IMG/VR virus record: IMGVR_UViG_3300027852_000084
Location: 1-40,556 of that record
Source: a virus
Length of the DNA: 40,556 nt
Direction: 5' to 3' (one strand)
Shown: one piece after another, positions 7,057-15,364 of the stretch
Numbering within the stretch: position 1 is the first letter of the stretch
Layout of the letters: every line of letters begins with the position of its first letter
The notes under the pieces: model-generated
Seen by the model: only the letters and a program-made list of their open reading frames with translations
Told to the model about the DNA's origin: nothing
The model's database searches: none
Translations under genes and position numbers: made by a program

Positions 7057-7458
7057 ATGGAGCTAAAAAACGCAGGGTTTGAGAACACCGAAGTTGATAG
7101 GCAAAAAGCCCGGCACCGGATGATTGATGGGGAGGAGTTCCACTTTAGTGAGTACACGATAAAGTTCGACGGCAATTCGTTTGTTTTTATTAGATCGGGG
7201 CATCAACCGTATTCAGAGGCTTATATTTGGTCTCACATCTATTTATGGCAAGTAGAAGTAGACTGGAAAGCAGAGCTTAGCCCTGAGAATCCTCGGTGGT
7301 GCAAAGTTTCTCACGAGGGTAAGTGGAGCTTCCACTTAATCATAAGAATAGACAGCGAAGAGCTTTACTTTTCTGACTATGGCTTGTGTTTATGGGATGC
7401 AATCCCAGTCTCCGACGAACTAGCCGCCCTGCTAGATGCTGAGCTAATCAATGGCTAG
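7057..7458 (+). CDS. hypothetical protein, 133 aa
   Basis: ORF track. Tightly packed between neighbouring genes. Confidence 0.6.
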   Translation: MELKNAGFENTEVDRQKARHRMIDGEEFHFSEYTIKFDGNSFVFIRSGHQPYSEAYIWSHIYLWQVEVDWKAELSPENPRWCKVSHEGKWSFHLIIRIDSEELYFSDYGLCLWDAIPVSDELAALLDAELING

Positions 7459-7942
7459 ATTAACCAAGGGTCTAGGTGGCTGGCAGCCGTCCGACCAGGC
7501 TAGCCGGGTAGAGCTGGAAAACGTCGATCATGTCATAGCGTTTCCAGCCGACAAGGTAGACGACAAGGCCCGGTCAATTGCCCAAAATCGTCTTTTATGG
7601 AAATGGTTGACCGCCATGGAAAAGACCACGGTAGAGGCGCACAAAGGAAACCCGGCTTCTGATTGGCACATGCTGTTTAAGGAGCAGTGCTTATCAATAA
7701 TTTACGAGCGGGACGACCAAGGATATGCTGAAACGATGCAAACATTGCGCGACCTTTATCGGCACGATCACCAAATGGCGTTAAGGCTGCGGGTAGGCGT
7801 TTTGCAGCTCACCAGCACGACACAGGCTAGCGTTAAGCAGTTTAGCGAGCTACTTACCCATGTAGACCGATTCTGCGCTGAGAACGGGATACAGCTACCG
7901 GCTGATCCTGGGCTTGAAGAGCTGGCGAAGGTGGCAAGATGA
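7451..7942 (+). CDS. ninB: NinB/Orf-family recombination mediator
   Basis: SIAQNRLLWKWLTAMEK and LTSTTQASVKQFSELLTHVDRFCAENGIQLP parallel lambda Orf (SLDQNRKLWACLGDV / QSTSRMRVGEFAELLELIQAFGTERGVKW), recalled from memory. Confidence 0.7.
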   Translation: MARLTKGLGGWQPSDQASRVELENVDHVIAFPADKVDDKARSIAQNRLLWKWLTAMEKTTVEAHKGNPASDWHMLFKEQCLSIIYERDDQGYAETMQTLRDLYRHDHQMALRLRVGVLQLTSTTQASVKQFSELLTHVDRFCAENGIQLPADPGLEELAKVAR

Positions 7943-8133
7943 AATACTTAATTGAAATCATTAATTTTGCATACCAGCAGAGAGTTGATTCTAAGCAAGG
8001 GCTGATCACGTACGAAGATGATTCAGAATCGCATCATCAGGACGGGCGTCAAGTTGGCAGAGAAGAGGCTTATGAGGCTGTTATTAAAAAGTGTGCTGAG
8101 ATGATAGTTGATATGATGGTTGAGAGAACTTAA
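7939..8133 (+). CDS. hypothetical protein, 64 aa
   Basis: ORF track. ATGA overlap with ninB. Confidence 0.5.
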   Translation: MKYLIEIINFAYQQRVDSKQGLITYEDDSESHHQDGRQVGREEAYEAVIKKCAEMIVDMMVERT

Positions 8134-8184
8134 CGATTTAGGTAAAGCGCGGCAGCTCTTTGCGGTCGGCTTGGATTTCTTGTT

Positions 8185-8607
8185 ATGGCTGAGATTTATA
8201 ATATACATGATGAAATGGCTTTTTCGCATGATTGCGGAAGCGTTAAATTTAACTTGCTGAAAAGTGGCTCTATAGAGTGCGATGGTTGTCAGCAGAAAAC
8301 AAACATGAACTGGAGTGAAAAAATGGACTCAAGCAAAGTAGCTGAATTGAGCGGACTGGAAAAGCTAAACCAAGATATAGGCGAGGCGACTGCCAACGAA
8401 ATTGAAAAAGCCAAAGTTACCGTAATAAACGCGGTAAAAAGCAATGGTGGTTATGCGTACTGGAGTACGATTAAGAGGTTTGCCGGTGGTGGAGATAGTG
8501 ATTCCGCTTTAAGCAAGGCGCTAAACGCACTACTTAAAGAAAAGAAGTTGCGCCAAAAGGAAGATGAAATTGAGCATGATTGGGAATACAGGCTGGTCCG
8601 CTCGTAG
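8185..8607 (+). CDS. hypothetical protein, 140 aa (N-terminal Cys/His cluster)
   Basis: ORF track. Confidence 0.55.
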   Translation: MAEIYNIHDEMAFSHDCGSVKFNLLKSGSIECDGCQQKTNMNWSEKMDSSKVAELSGLEKLNQDIGEATANEIEKAKVTVINAVKSNGGYAYWSTIKRFAGGGDSDSALSKALNALLKEKKLRQKEDEIEHDWEYRLVRS

Positions 8608-8645
8608 AGCCATAACAGCCATCTACACATAAACAGGGGCAGTTA

Positions 8646-8879
8646 ATGACATTTTTAAGAAAAAAGCCAAATAGCTTGCCAAATATATTTAAAGACGTTG
8701 AGCCTTACGTTACACCTGATATAAAAGATTTCATAGGGGGCCAGATATTTGATGCCACGAAGGTGGGTTGCCTTCATGAAACCTGTCCGGCATGCAGAGG
8801 ATCAGGTCAAAGAGATGATGGGTTAGGTGTTTGTGTTCACCATATATCCTGCCCTTGCCCTAAGTGCTCGCCGAGATGA
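8646..8879 (+). CDS. small Cys-rich protein (CPACRGSGQ DnaJ-type zinc-finger-like motif)
   Basis: ORF track and motif. Confidence 0.5.
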   Translation: MTFLRKKPNSLPNIFKDVEPYVTPDIKDFIGGQIFDATKVGCLHETCPACRGSGQRDDGLGVCVHHISCPCPKCSPR

Positions 8880-9139
8880 CAACTAAAGCCGAAAGTGATT
8901 ACATGGCGAAGGTGGCCGCGCTGCCATGCTGTTGCTGCGGGGCTGCGCCACCTAGCATTGTTCACCACATACGCTCATTAAATCGGGCACGTGAGGCAGG
9001 TTTAACCGTCCCGCTCTGCCACGAACACCACGTAGGAGACTTTTCAATCCACAAAACGCCGCAGCAATTCGAGGCGGTATACGGGAGCCAGTTTTTGATG
9101 CTGGCAAAGACTATTATTGATGTTAGTGAGGGTGGGTGA
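8876..9139 (+). CDS. DUF968/Ref-like HNH-type nuclease candidate
   Basis: LPCCCCG...VHHIR...VPLCHEHH pattern. ATGA overlap at 8876. Confidence 0.5.
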   Translation: MTTKAESDYMAKVAALPCCCCGAAPPSIVHHIRSLNRAREAGLTVPLCHEHHVGDFSIHKTPQQFEAVYGSQFLMLAKTIIDVSEGG

Positions 9140-9318
9140 TGAAAGAACATAACGGATATCAAATCACGGCTGTTTTGTGGTTGATTCTTTCACGGTTAAC
9201 GGCTGATGTTGATTTGTCTATGTACTGGCTTTGCGTGGTTATAGGTTGCGCTAACTTAGTCCTTTTTGTTGTCGGTGACGTAGAAGAAGCATTTAACAGG
9301 AGGCGCGAAACCAAATGA
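9136..9318 (+). CDS. small membrane protein
   Basis: Two hydrophobic segments (ITAVLWLILSRL, WLCVVIGCANLVLFVVG). The start could be GTG 9136 or ATG 9139. Confidence 0.5.
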   Translation: MMKEHNGYQITAVLWLILSRLTADVDLSMYWLCVVIGCANLVLFVVGDVEEAFNRRRETK

Positions 9319-9533
9319 CTAAACCAAACCTAAAGCGCTGCCTATGCGGTGAGGTGCCGGAAGAAATATTTGTTTATCTGGGGGATGATTTTGCACAACC
9401 ATCATGGGCGGCTCCCTCTTGTTGCGAAAAGTTGCGGATAGGGTTCGATGCGGATGGCGAAACTGCCGTTTCTGAAAAACATCGATCTTTAGCCTACGCC
9501 GCATGGAATGACGCGCCGAGGGGTGGGGAGTAG
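9315..9533 (+). CDS. Lar-like restriction-alleviation protein candidate
   Basis: N-terminal LKRCLCGE, an internal CC, and C-terminal AYAAWNDAPRG resemble the Lar-family pattern (LKPCPFCG ... AIAAWNRRA). Confidence 0.4.
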   Translation: MTKPNLKRCLCGEVPEEIFVYLGDDFAQPSWAAPSCCEKLRIGFDADGETAVSEKHRSLAYAAWNDAPRGGE

Positions 9534-9800
9534 ATGACAACCCTAACCAAAATGGCAGCAACCCTAGAATCTGTCAACCCAGCAAACAAACCCATGACCC
9601 TGCAATACATGGCAGAGCAGTGGTGGCCGGATGCTAAATGGCTAAAAGCCAGCGCCACAACCCACAACGGTGGGGCCAGAAAAGGCGGTTTAGTAGCTGC
9701 CGGATTCGCGGCGAAGATGGCAAAGGCCGGGATTTTAAAAAACTGCGGAACTAGCCCGGTTACCTACGTCCTAGCCAAGCAAACGGAGAGCAACCAATGA
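9534..9800 (+). CDS. hypothetical protein, 88 aa
   Basis: ORF track. Confidence 0.5.
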   Translation: MTTLTKMAATLESVNPANKPMTLQYMAEQWWPDAKWLKASATTHNGGARKGGLVAAGFAAKMAKAGILKNCGTSPVTYVLAKQTESNQ

Positions 9801-10231
9801 CCAACCCAATCAAAAGCGTCATCAGCCCAAAAACACCCCACGGCAGCGGCTGGGTTGATCTCGGCCCTACACCAATCACGGCAACCACCGGATTCGAGAG
9901 AAACGCCTGGGAATATCCAGCCCAACAAATAGTCGCAATCTCAGCAGTAGAAGTTGCTCGCGACCCCAACGATATCGACAAGGGCCCCGAATACCACCTA
10001 TCAATCAGCAAACCAGGCGCGCGATGCACCCGAAACGAAGCCCGGTTTGTGACCAAAGCCTTTGGCATGACCGACGCCGAAGAAGACAACCACGTCCCAG
10101 GCGGATTCGTCCGCAACTACTGGCTACCCGTCGCTGAAAACCTAATCGGCCACGAGTGCCAATGCAAAGCCACCGAACCCGCCATAAAAGAAGACAAAGG
10201 CAACTTTGTTTGGCGTGGGATTAATAGTTAA
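9797..10231 (+). CDS. hypothetical protein, 144 aa
   Basis: ORF track. ATGA overlap with the upstream gene. Confidence 0.55.
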   Translation: MTNPIKSVISPKTPHGSGWVDLGPTPITATTGFERNAWEYPAQQIVAISAVEVARDPNDIDKGPEYHLSISKPGARCTRNEARFVTKAFGMTDAEEDNHVPGGFVRNYWLPVAENLIGHECQCKATEPAIKEDKGNFVWRGINS

Positions 10232-10242
10232 AGGGCCACCCC

Positions 10243-10569
10243 ATGAAATCTCTATTCATCCCACTAAAAACAGAATATTACGAGGCTTTCGAGTCCGGTG
10301 ATAAAGATGAGGAACTACGGGCATACGGCCCTCGCTGGAACCACGAAACATGCAAAGAAGGCCGGGAAGTCATTTTGTCGAAAGGCTACGGCAAGAAAAA
10401 CCGCATGAAGGGGGTGATTTGGCGGTTTAAAAAACAACATGGATCGTTATTTAGGTCCACTTATAAAGCGGCGATATTGGCTGTCTACGGAACTTTGGAC
10501 ATTGATATTGCCTGCATATCTATTACCGATCTGACACCAATTAACCAACCGGCAGGCCCGCAAGGATAA
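10243..10569 (+). CDS. hypothetical protein, possibly ASCH/PUA-like fold
   Basis: N-terminal FIPLKTEYYEAFESGDKDEELRAY is reminiscent of ASCH domains. The similarity is weak. Confidence 0.35.
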   Translation: MKSLFIPLKTEYYEAFESGDKDEELRAYGPRWNHETCKEGREVILSKGYGKKNRMKGVIWRFKKQHGSLFRSTYKAAILAVYGTLDIDIACISITDLTPINQPAGPQG

Positions 10570-10621
10570 CCAAGGATCGGGAGTCACCCGGTCGCCTGCC
10601 GCCTAATTTGAGGTAACAACC

Positions 10622-10780
10622 ATGGCCCTAGTAGTAATCAGTATCGATAGAGACAAACTTCCAGAACATACCACCGAACAGTTTGAAGAGTGGGTTAGGT
10701 TTCAGGTAGGGCATTGCGGACACATGAGCGCAGAAAACCCTATCGACACTGATCTCGATGCAACCGTGATGGAAATTTAA
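10622..10780 (+). CDS. 52-aa hypothetical protein (MALVVISIDRDKLPEHTTEQFEEWVRF...)
   Basis: GAGG upstream of the ATG at 10622. It fills the gap before ssb and replaces the antisense ORF 10628..10885. Confidence 0.45.
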   Translation: MALVVISIDRDKLPEHTTEQFEEWVRFQVGHCGHMSAENPIDTDLDATVMEI

Positions 10781-10793
10781 GGAGAAGTAGAAA

Positions 10794-11273
10794 ATGAGTA
10801 AAGACCTAAATTTATGCCAATTCATTGGTCGGTTGGGCAAAGACCCAGAGATTCGATACACAGCAGGCGGTGATGCCGTCGCCAATTTTTCGATTGCTTG
10901 CGGTGACGACTACAAAAAGAAGTCAGGCGAAAAGGTTGAGCAAACTAACTGGATAAACGTTGTTGCATGGGGGCGACTGGCTGAAATTAGCGGCGAGTAT
11001 CTGAAAAAAGGCAGTCAGGTTTATCTGTCTGGAAAACAGGTCACTAGAAGCTGGGACGACAAGGAAGGCAATAAGCGATACACCACCGAGATAGTCGCCA
11101 GCGAAATGCAAATGTTGGGCGGGCGTGGTGCCCCTGCAGGCGGCGATCAGGGCAGCAACGCCGGTAGCCCGGCACCAGACAGAACCCAGCGCCCTAGCGC
11201 ACACCCAGCACCGCCAACGAACCAAGGCAACGCTGGCGGTTTCGACAACTTTGACGACGACATCCCCTTTTGA
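10794..11273 (+). CDS. ssb: single-stranded DNA-binding protein
   Basis: OB-fold N-terminus (LCQFIGRLGKDPEIRYTAGGDAVANFSIA...WINVVAWGRLAE), a Gly/Pro/Gln-rich linker and the acidic tail DDDIPF. Confidence 0.92.
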   Translation: MSKDLNLCQFIGRLGKDPEIRYTAGGDAVANFSIACGDDYKKKSGEKVEQTNWINVVAWGRLAEISGEYLKKGSQVYLSGKQVTRSWDDKEGNKRYTTEIVASEMQMLGGRGAPAGGDQGSNAGSPAPDRTQRPSAHPAPPTNQGNAGGFDNFDDDIPF

Positions 11274-11467
11274 TGGACACAGCCAACCCAAAAGTCGACA
11301 TCGACTCATGCAGTAAATGTAGGTGGTGGAAATCGTTCAGAACAGTTACCGGACAATGCCGGAGAAACCCACCAGCAGCGCATTTTGACGAAGGGCACTA
11401 CTGGCCGATTACAGGGCGGGCTGATTGGTGTGGAGAATTCAATGATAAAAACGAGAGTAAGGACTAA
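11270..11467 (+). CDS. small Cys-rich protein (CSKCRWW...CRRNPP...WCGEF)
   Basis: ORF track. ATGA overlap with ssb. Confidence 0.55.
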   Translation: MMDTANPKVDIDSCSKCRWWKSFRTVTGQCRRNPPAAHFDEGHYWPITGRADWCGEFNDKNESKD

Positions 11468-11521
11468 TGACTAAGGGTAACCCGCTATTCGATTTGGAAA
11501 GAATGTTTAAGGTGATTTGGC

Positions 11522-11734
11522 GTGAGTGATAATGTAATTCCTTTGGGAATGGTTACGAGGCTAGATTTGCCGCCAGACCAAGTTTTATTGGGAGCAAAAG
11601 GCAATCTTGATGGCCTGGTTCTTATCGGATATGACAAAGACGGTGAGCTTTATTTTGCTTCAACTTATGCTGATGGAGGTGACGTGTTATGGCTGCTTGA
11701 GAAGTGCAAGCAAGCGCTTTTAGAGGTCAGTTGA
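11522..11734 (+). CDS. hypothetical protein, 70 aa
   Basis: ORF track, GTG start. Confidence 0.5.
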   Translation: MSDNVIPLGMVTRLDLPPDQVLLGAKGNLDGLVLIGYDKDGELYFASTYADGGDVLWLLEKCKQALLEVS

Positions 11735-12045
11735 TGGCATGCGCAAACACAAGAGGGGTTGAGATACGGCCTACCAAGCATGCCATAGACCGTTATTCAG
11801 AGCGCTGCCCTGGTGGGCCTGGAATCCAGAGTGAAATGCAGGCATCACGGACTTGCGGCAGGTTAATGTACAAAAAAATTCGCAAAAAAGTCCCCGTGGC
11901 TGTTCGCCAAGGGCGCATTGGCCGCGATAACAGCCCATATACTCACTGGATTAGCCCGCAAAACACCATATTTGTTACCCACCCGATAACGCGCGGCGTC
12001 GTATCCGTTATCACATGCTGGAAGTATGAAGGTGATGCGGCGTGA
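11734..12045 (+). CDS. hypothetical protein, 103 aa (MACANTRGVEIRPTKHAIDRYSER...)
   Basis: The ATG at 11734 overlaps the upstream TGA by 1 nt. GAGG lies 7 nt upstream. Confidence 0.5.
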   Translation: MACANTRGVEIRPTKHAIDRYSERCPGGPGIQSEMQASRTCGRLMYKKIRKKVPVAVRQGRIGRDNSPYTHWISPQNTIFVTHPITRGVVSVITCWKYEGDAA

Positions 12046-12230
12046 GTCGAACTATAAGGGGGTCAAAACCCCATGGTGTTGAATGCTGGTCGAGGCGTAA
12101 GCCGTTATGCGAGGACGATAAGCACGGCAAGCGAGAAACCCGACGACTAGAGCGCCGACGTGATAGCGCAGTGGTCGCAAAATCAATGATCAATCCTGAA
12201 GATTACGAAAAGAGGATGCCAGGTGAATGA
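12042..12230 (+). CDS. 62-aa highly basic protein
   Basis: GTGA overlap with the upstream gene. Arg/Lys-rich. Confidence 0.5.
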   Translation: MSRTIRGSKPHGVECWSRRKPLCEDDKHGKRETRRLERRRDSAVVAKSMINPEDYEKRMPGE

Positions 12231-12393
12231 ATCGAAAGCGTGTGAATCACTGGTTATGATCACAGGGGATGAAAGCGAAGGCTATCTAGTCACTTTCCCA
12301 AACCATCCCGAAGCGATTACACAAGGCGATACTTTGGGTGAATCCCTTGTTAACGCCGCTGATGCTCTTGAGGAGGCTTTATCTGGTGAATGA
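12223..12393 (+). CDS. HicB-N-terminal-domain-like (UPF0150/HicB_lk_antitox-like) 56-aa protein
   Basis: GTG at 12223 lies 6 nt after AGAGGA. GYLVTFPNHPEAITQGDTLGESLVNAADALEEAL matches the HicB antitoxin N-domain consensus (..V.FPD.PG..T.G.T.EEAL.NA.EAL). Below the track's cutoff. Confidence 0.5.
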   Translation: MNESKACESLVMITGDESEGYLVTFPNHPEAITQGDTLGESLVNAADALEEALSGE

Positions 12394-12504
12394 GATAACC
12401 GATATGTCATTAGCTCTTAAACAGGCAAGCGCTCGAATAGATGAATTAACGGCCGTGGGGTAATGAATAAACCACCATCAGTATGGGCGTGGTAAAATAA
12501 ACAG

Positions 12505-12990
12505 ATGATTACTCGCATTTATTTAGCAAAATGGCAGATAAGAAATGCCGTTGAAGGCGACGAAGACAGCCGTTTCGTTTGGAATCCTATGTTGGATGTA
12601 ATCAACGAAATGGCCGGTGTCAGTGAGACCTTGAATCGAGATCAGCGGCCACGAGTTTCTTTTGAATATCCGTCTCGACTAGCTGATGGATCGCCGTCTA
12701 AACCGGCAATAGTGATTATTGTGACTGCTGAATCAATTCCTGATGACTGGGCCCTTCTCGATGGCGTCTATATGTTCCCGCCCCACGCTTTGGGGCACAG
12801 GATTGATGACATACCAGACGAAATAAAGGAGGGCGTGATAGATTCCCTAGCTGATTTCGGAGTGTCTTACAGCGACATAACGGGGGCTGACACTGTAGCG
12901 GATTTTATAGACAAAATAGAGAATTCGTTATTGTCGGTTTCAAAGCCTACCGCCGATAGATTTATAGGTAGGGCTGGTGATTTTGCGTGA
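12505..12990 (+). CDS. hypothetical protein, 161 aa (first gene of the pre-terminase fibre-like module)
   Basis: ORF track. Confidence 0.6.
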   Translation: MITRIYLAKWQIRNAVEGDEDSRFVWNPMLDVINEMAGVSETLNRDQRPRVSFEYPSRLADGSPSKPAIVIIVTAESIPDDWALLDGVYMFPPHALGHRIDDIPDEIKEGVIDSLADFGVSYSDITGADTVADFIDKIENSLLSVSKPTADRFIGRAGDFA

Positions 12991-13664
12991 CTAGCTTAAC
13001 CGATAATTTTGATAGCGGAACGGCTGGCGATGATATTGCTACGCGCTCCGGATGGTTGGTAGCCGGTGAAAACTATGACGTTAGGGTTTCTGACGCTAAA
13101 GGAGTTTATGGTACTAACAGCCCATCTGGATCTGGCCGTGGCGGGGCTATGTTTGACACTGGTTCTGGAGATCACTACGCAGAGCTGGAAATGTCTATTT
13201 TGTCAAACAACAGGATAGGGCCAGCAGTAAGAATTGTTGATAAAGACAATTGGCTAGGGGTTTATTTGGGCGGTTTTGGGTCTGGTGGCCTGCGGTCGTA
13301 TGAAAAAATAGGAGGGACTATTGCTCAGTTAACAGCAGAACAGGGTATTGCTGGCAATGTTTATCGGTTGCGGGTAACAGATAACGGTGATGGAACGTCA
13401 GATTTTGAGATGCTCGAAAATGGGGTTTTAATGCCCGATGGAGCTCAATCGGTTAGTAACGCAGATTTTCCAACAACAGCAACAAATGCCGGGATAATGA
13501 ATGATGGAACTAACGTGGCTTCGTCAAACACCTATTGGGATAATTTTGACGGTGGCTCTATTGGTGGTGGTGGCGGTGGTCGAGTAATGGGCGGGCTTGC
13601 TGGCAAAGGCGGGCTCGCTGGAGCTGGTGGAATTGCAGGAATCGGCGGGGGATTGGCGGGGTGA
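12987..13664 (+). CDS. LamG/concanavalin-like domain candidate with a Gly-rich C-terminal tail (GGLAGKGGLAGAGGIAGIGGGLAG)
   Basis: ORF track. Beta-sandwich-like N-region (NFDSGTAG...WLVAG...YRLRV). The tail is read directly from the translation. Confidence 0.5.
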   Translation: MTSLTDNFDSGTAGDDIATRSGWLVAGENYDVRVSDAKGVYGTNSPSGSGRGGAMFDTGSGDHYAELEMSILSNNRIGPAVRIVDKDNWLGVYLGGFGSGGLRSYEKIGGTIAQLTAEQGIAGNVYRLRVTDNGDGTSDFEMLENGVLMPDGAQSVSNADFPTTATNAGIMNDGTNVASSNTYWDNFDGGSIGGGGGGRVMGGLAGKGGLAGAGGIAGIGGGLAG

Positions 13665-14671
13665 CAGATAGAACGCTTGGCGATACGATATATTTTAAAT
13701 TTTCCACCCGTGCTTTTGCTACTGGAATACCAACCACGCTATCAGGCACGCCGGTACTCTCTGCTTATGAAGACGCAAGTGTTACACAAATAACAAGCGG
13801 CGTATCGGTAACGGCTGACCTGGACGGCGTTACCGGGCTAAATTTGGCTACTATTGTAGCGACTAGCGGAAACGGGTTTGAAGCTGGCAAACAGTACGGC
13901 ATCGTTATAACAACTGGGACAGTCGATAGCGTTTCTGTTGTCGGGGAAGTTGTCGGTAATTTCACGCTAGAAGCAAGCGCCGCATTTACCCGGCTAGGTG
14001 CCCCAGCCGGTGCCAGTGTTTCGGCTGATATTGCAGACGTTCCAACCGTTGCAGAATTCAACGCCAGAACTCTAACCGCAGCTGATTATTTTGACCCGGC
14101 AGCCGACGCAGTAGCTCTGGCAGCATCCCAACCAAACTACGCGCCCGCCAAAGCTGGCGATAACATGGGCACGGTTAGCAGCGTCACCGGTAACGTTGAT
14201 GGATCAGTAGCTAGTGTAGTGGCAGCCGTAACAACTGACACGGCAAGCCGGGACGCCAGCAAGGCAGACGTTAGCGGGCTATCAACTTTTGACCCTACAA
14301 CTGATCCGGTGGCAAATGTAACCACAGTGGGTAATATGCGCGGCACCGATGGGGCGAATACTACCGCCCCTGATAACGCTTCAATATCTGCCATCCTGAT
14401 AGACACAGGAGCATCAATTCCAGCAAGCATTGCCGCGCTTAACGATGTTAGTGTTAGCGATATTCTGACAACCCAAATGACAGAGGCATATGCAGCCGAT
14501 GGAGTAGCACCAACACTAGCTCAGGCAATATTTTTGATTCAGCAGTCAATAGGCGACTTTGCGATAGCCGGTACAACCATAACAACTAAAAAAATAGATG
14601 GATCAACCACAGCCGCAACCTACACGCTAGACGACGGCACCAGCCCAACCAGTCGGGCTAGATCGACATGA
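13661..14671 (+). CDS. Ala/Thr/Ser/Val-rich fibre-like structural protein, 336 aa
   Basis: Composition, plus an N-terminus (GDTIYFKFST...GTVDSVSVVGEVVGNFTLE) typical of phage fibre-like virion proteins. Confidence 0.5.
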   Translation: MTDRTLGDTIYFKFSTRAFATGIPTTLSGTPVLSAYEDASVTQITSGVSVTADLDGVTGLNLATIVATSGNGFEAGKQYGIVITTGTVDSVSVVGEVVGNFTLEASAAFTRLGAPAGASVSADIADVPTVAEFNARTLTAADYFDPAADAVALAASQPNYAPAKAGDNMGTVSSVTGNVDGSVASVVAAVTTDTASRDASKADVSGLSTFDPTTDPVANVTTVGNMRGTDGANTTAPDNASISAILIDTGASIPASIAALNDVSVSDILTTQMTEAYAADGVAPTLAQAIFLIQQSIGDFAIAGTTITTKKIDGSTTAATYTLDDGTSPTSRARST

Positions 14672-15036
14672 TCGCAAACGTAGTAACAGCAGGGTTTGGA
14701 AATGGCACGTTTTCGGGATCATTTGCTGGCGTAGTGCTGAGAGGGTACGCAATAGGCGATGTGATAATAATTACGCCGGATTGCTTTGCTGGATTTATTG
14801 GCAAAATATACGGATCATCAAGCTATATTGGGGGCATAGATGATAGCGCTACCGGGTTTAATGGGTTGGTCGATGGTCAGTTAGCCCTTACAGGCGTTGT
14901 TACTGATCGCGCGGGCTACTCTGGCGAAGTAATTAGCAGCTCGGGGTATACTGGAGATATAGACGACTCTGATACAGGGTTTGATGGCGCTATAACTGAC
15001 AAATCAGGATTTAACGGGGGTCTTTGTGGCTGTTAA
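14668..15036 (+). CDS. Gly-rich repeat protein, 122 aa (GYSGE/GYTGD/GFDGA/GFNGG repeats)
   Basis: ORF track. Confidence 0.5.
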   Translation: MIANVVTAGFGNGTFSGSFAGVVLRGYAIGDVIIITPDCFAGFIGKIYGSSSYIGGIDDSATGFNGLVDGQLALTGVVTDRAGYSGEVISSSGYTGDIDDSDTGFDGAITDKSGFNGGLCGC

Positions 15037-15364
15037 AGAAAACGAAGTAGGAAAGCTGCTGATAGTTGGGGCTAGTTTTGATTTGTCCGGCAACAGCGAT
15101 TTACGGGTAGTGCTAACAAAGCCAGACAGCACTGAGATAACTAAAACATCGGCGGATGGGGTAACAGCTCCAGCAGTACCAATTACAGTTGATGTTGACG
15201 GGGTTTCAACTACTTTTGCGGCTAACGAATACTTCCAGTATCCAACAGAGGCCGGGGTGATGACTCCAGCAGGTAGCGGGTGGCAGATTCGCGGGGAGTA
15301 CGTTGATGCAACGCCTAAAGATTTATGTGGCGATAATTCAGTATTTACTGTGGAGCCCTGCTAG
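15026..15364 (+). CDS. Ig-like/beta-sandwich small structural protein candidate
   Basis: The pattern DLSGNSDLRVVLTKPDSTEITKT...GWQIRGEYV resembles the Ig-like domains of phage receptor-binding accessory proteins. Confidence 0.4.
   Translation: MAVKENEVGKLLIVGASFDLSGNSDLRVVLTKPDSTEITKTSADGVTAPAVPITVDVDGVSTTFAANEYFQYPTEAGVMTPAGSGWQIRGEYVDATPKDLCGDNSVFTVEPC

Noticed and set aside
10628-10885. 85-aa minus-strand ORF overlapping the ssb start.
   Set aside because: It is antisense to ssb and to a well-supported 52-aa + strand ORF (10622..10780) that has an SD. It has no SD of its own.
13765-14430. Antisense ORFs inside structural genes (13765..14061, 14137..14430; also 17191..17613, 19900..20253, 31144..31461, 31870..32220 and others).
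   Set aside because: They lie opposite long, well-supported late genes, have no SD and show skewed Ser/Ala/Pro-rich composition. They are typical shadow ORFs.
12987-15364. Possibility of a diversity-generating retroelement acting on the fibre-like genes.
   Set aside because: There is no reverse transcriptase ORF anywhere in the window, and I found no template/variable repeat pair.
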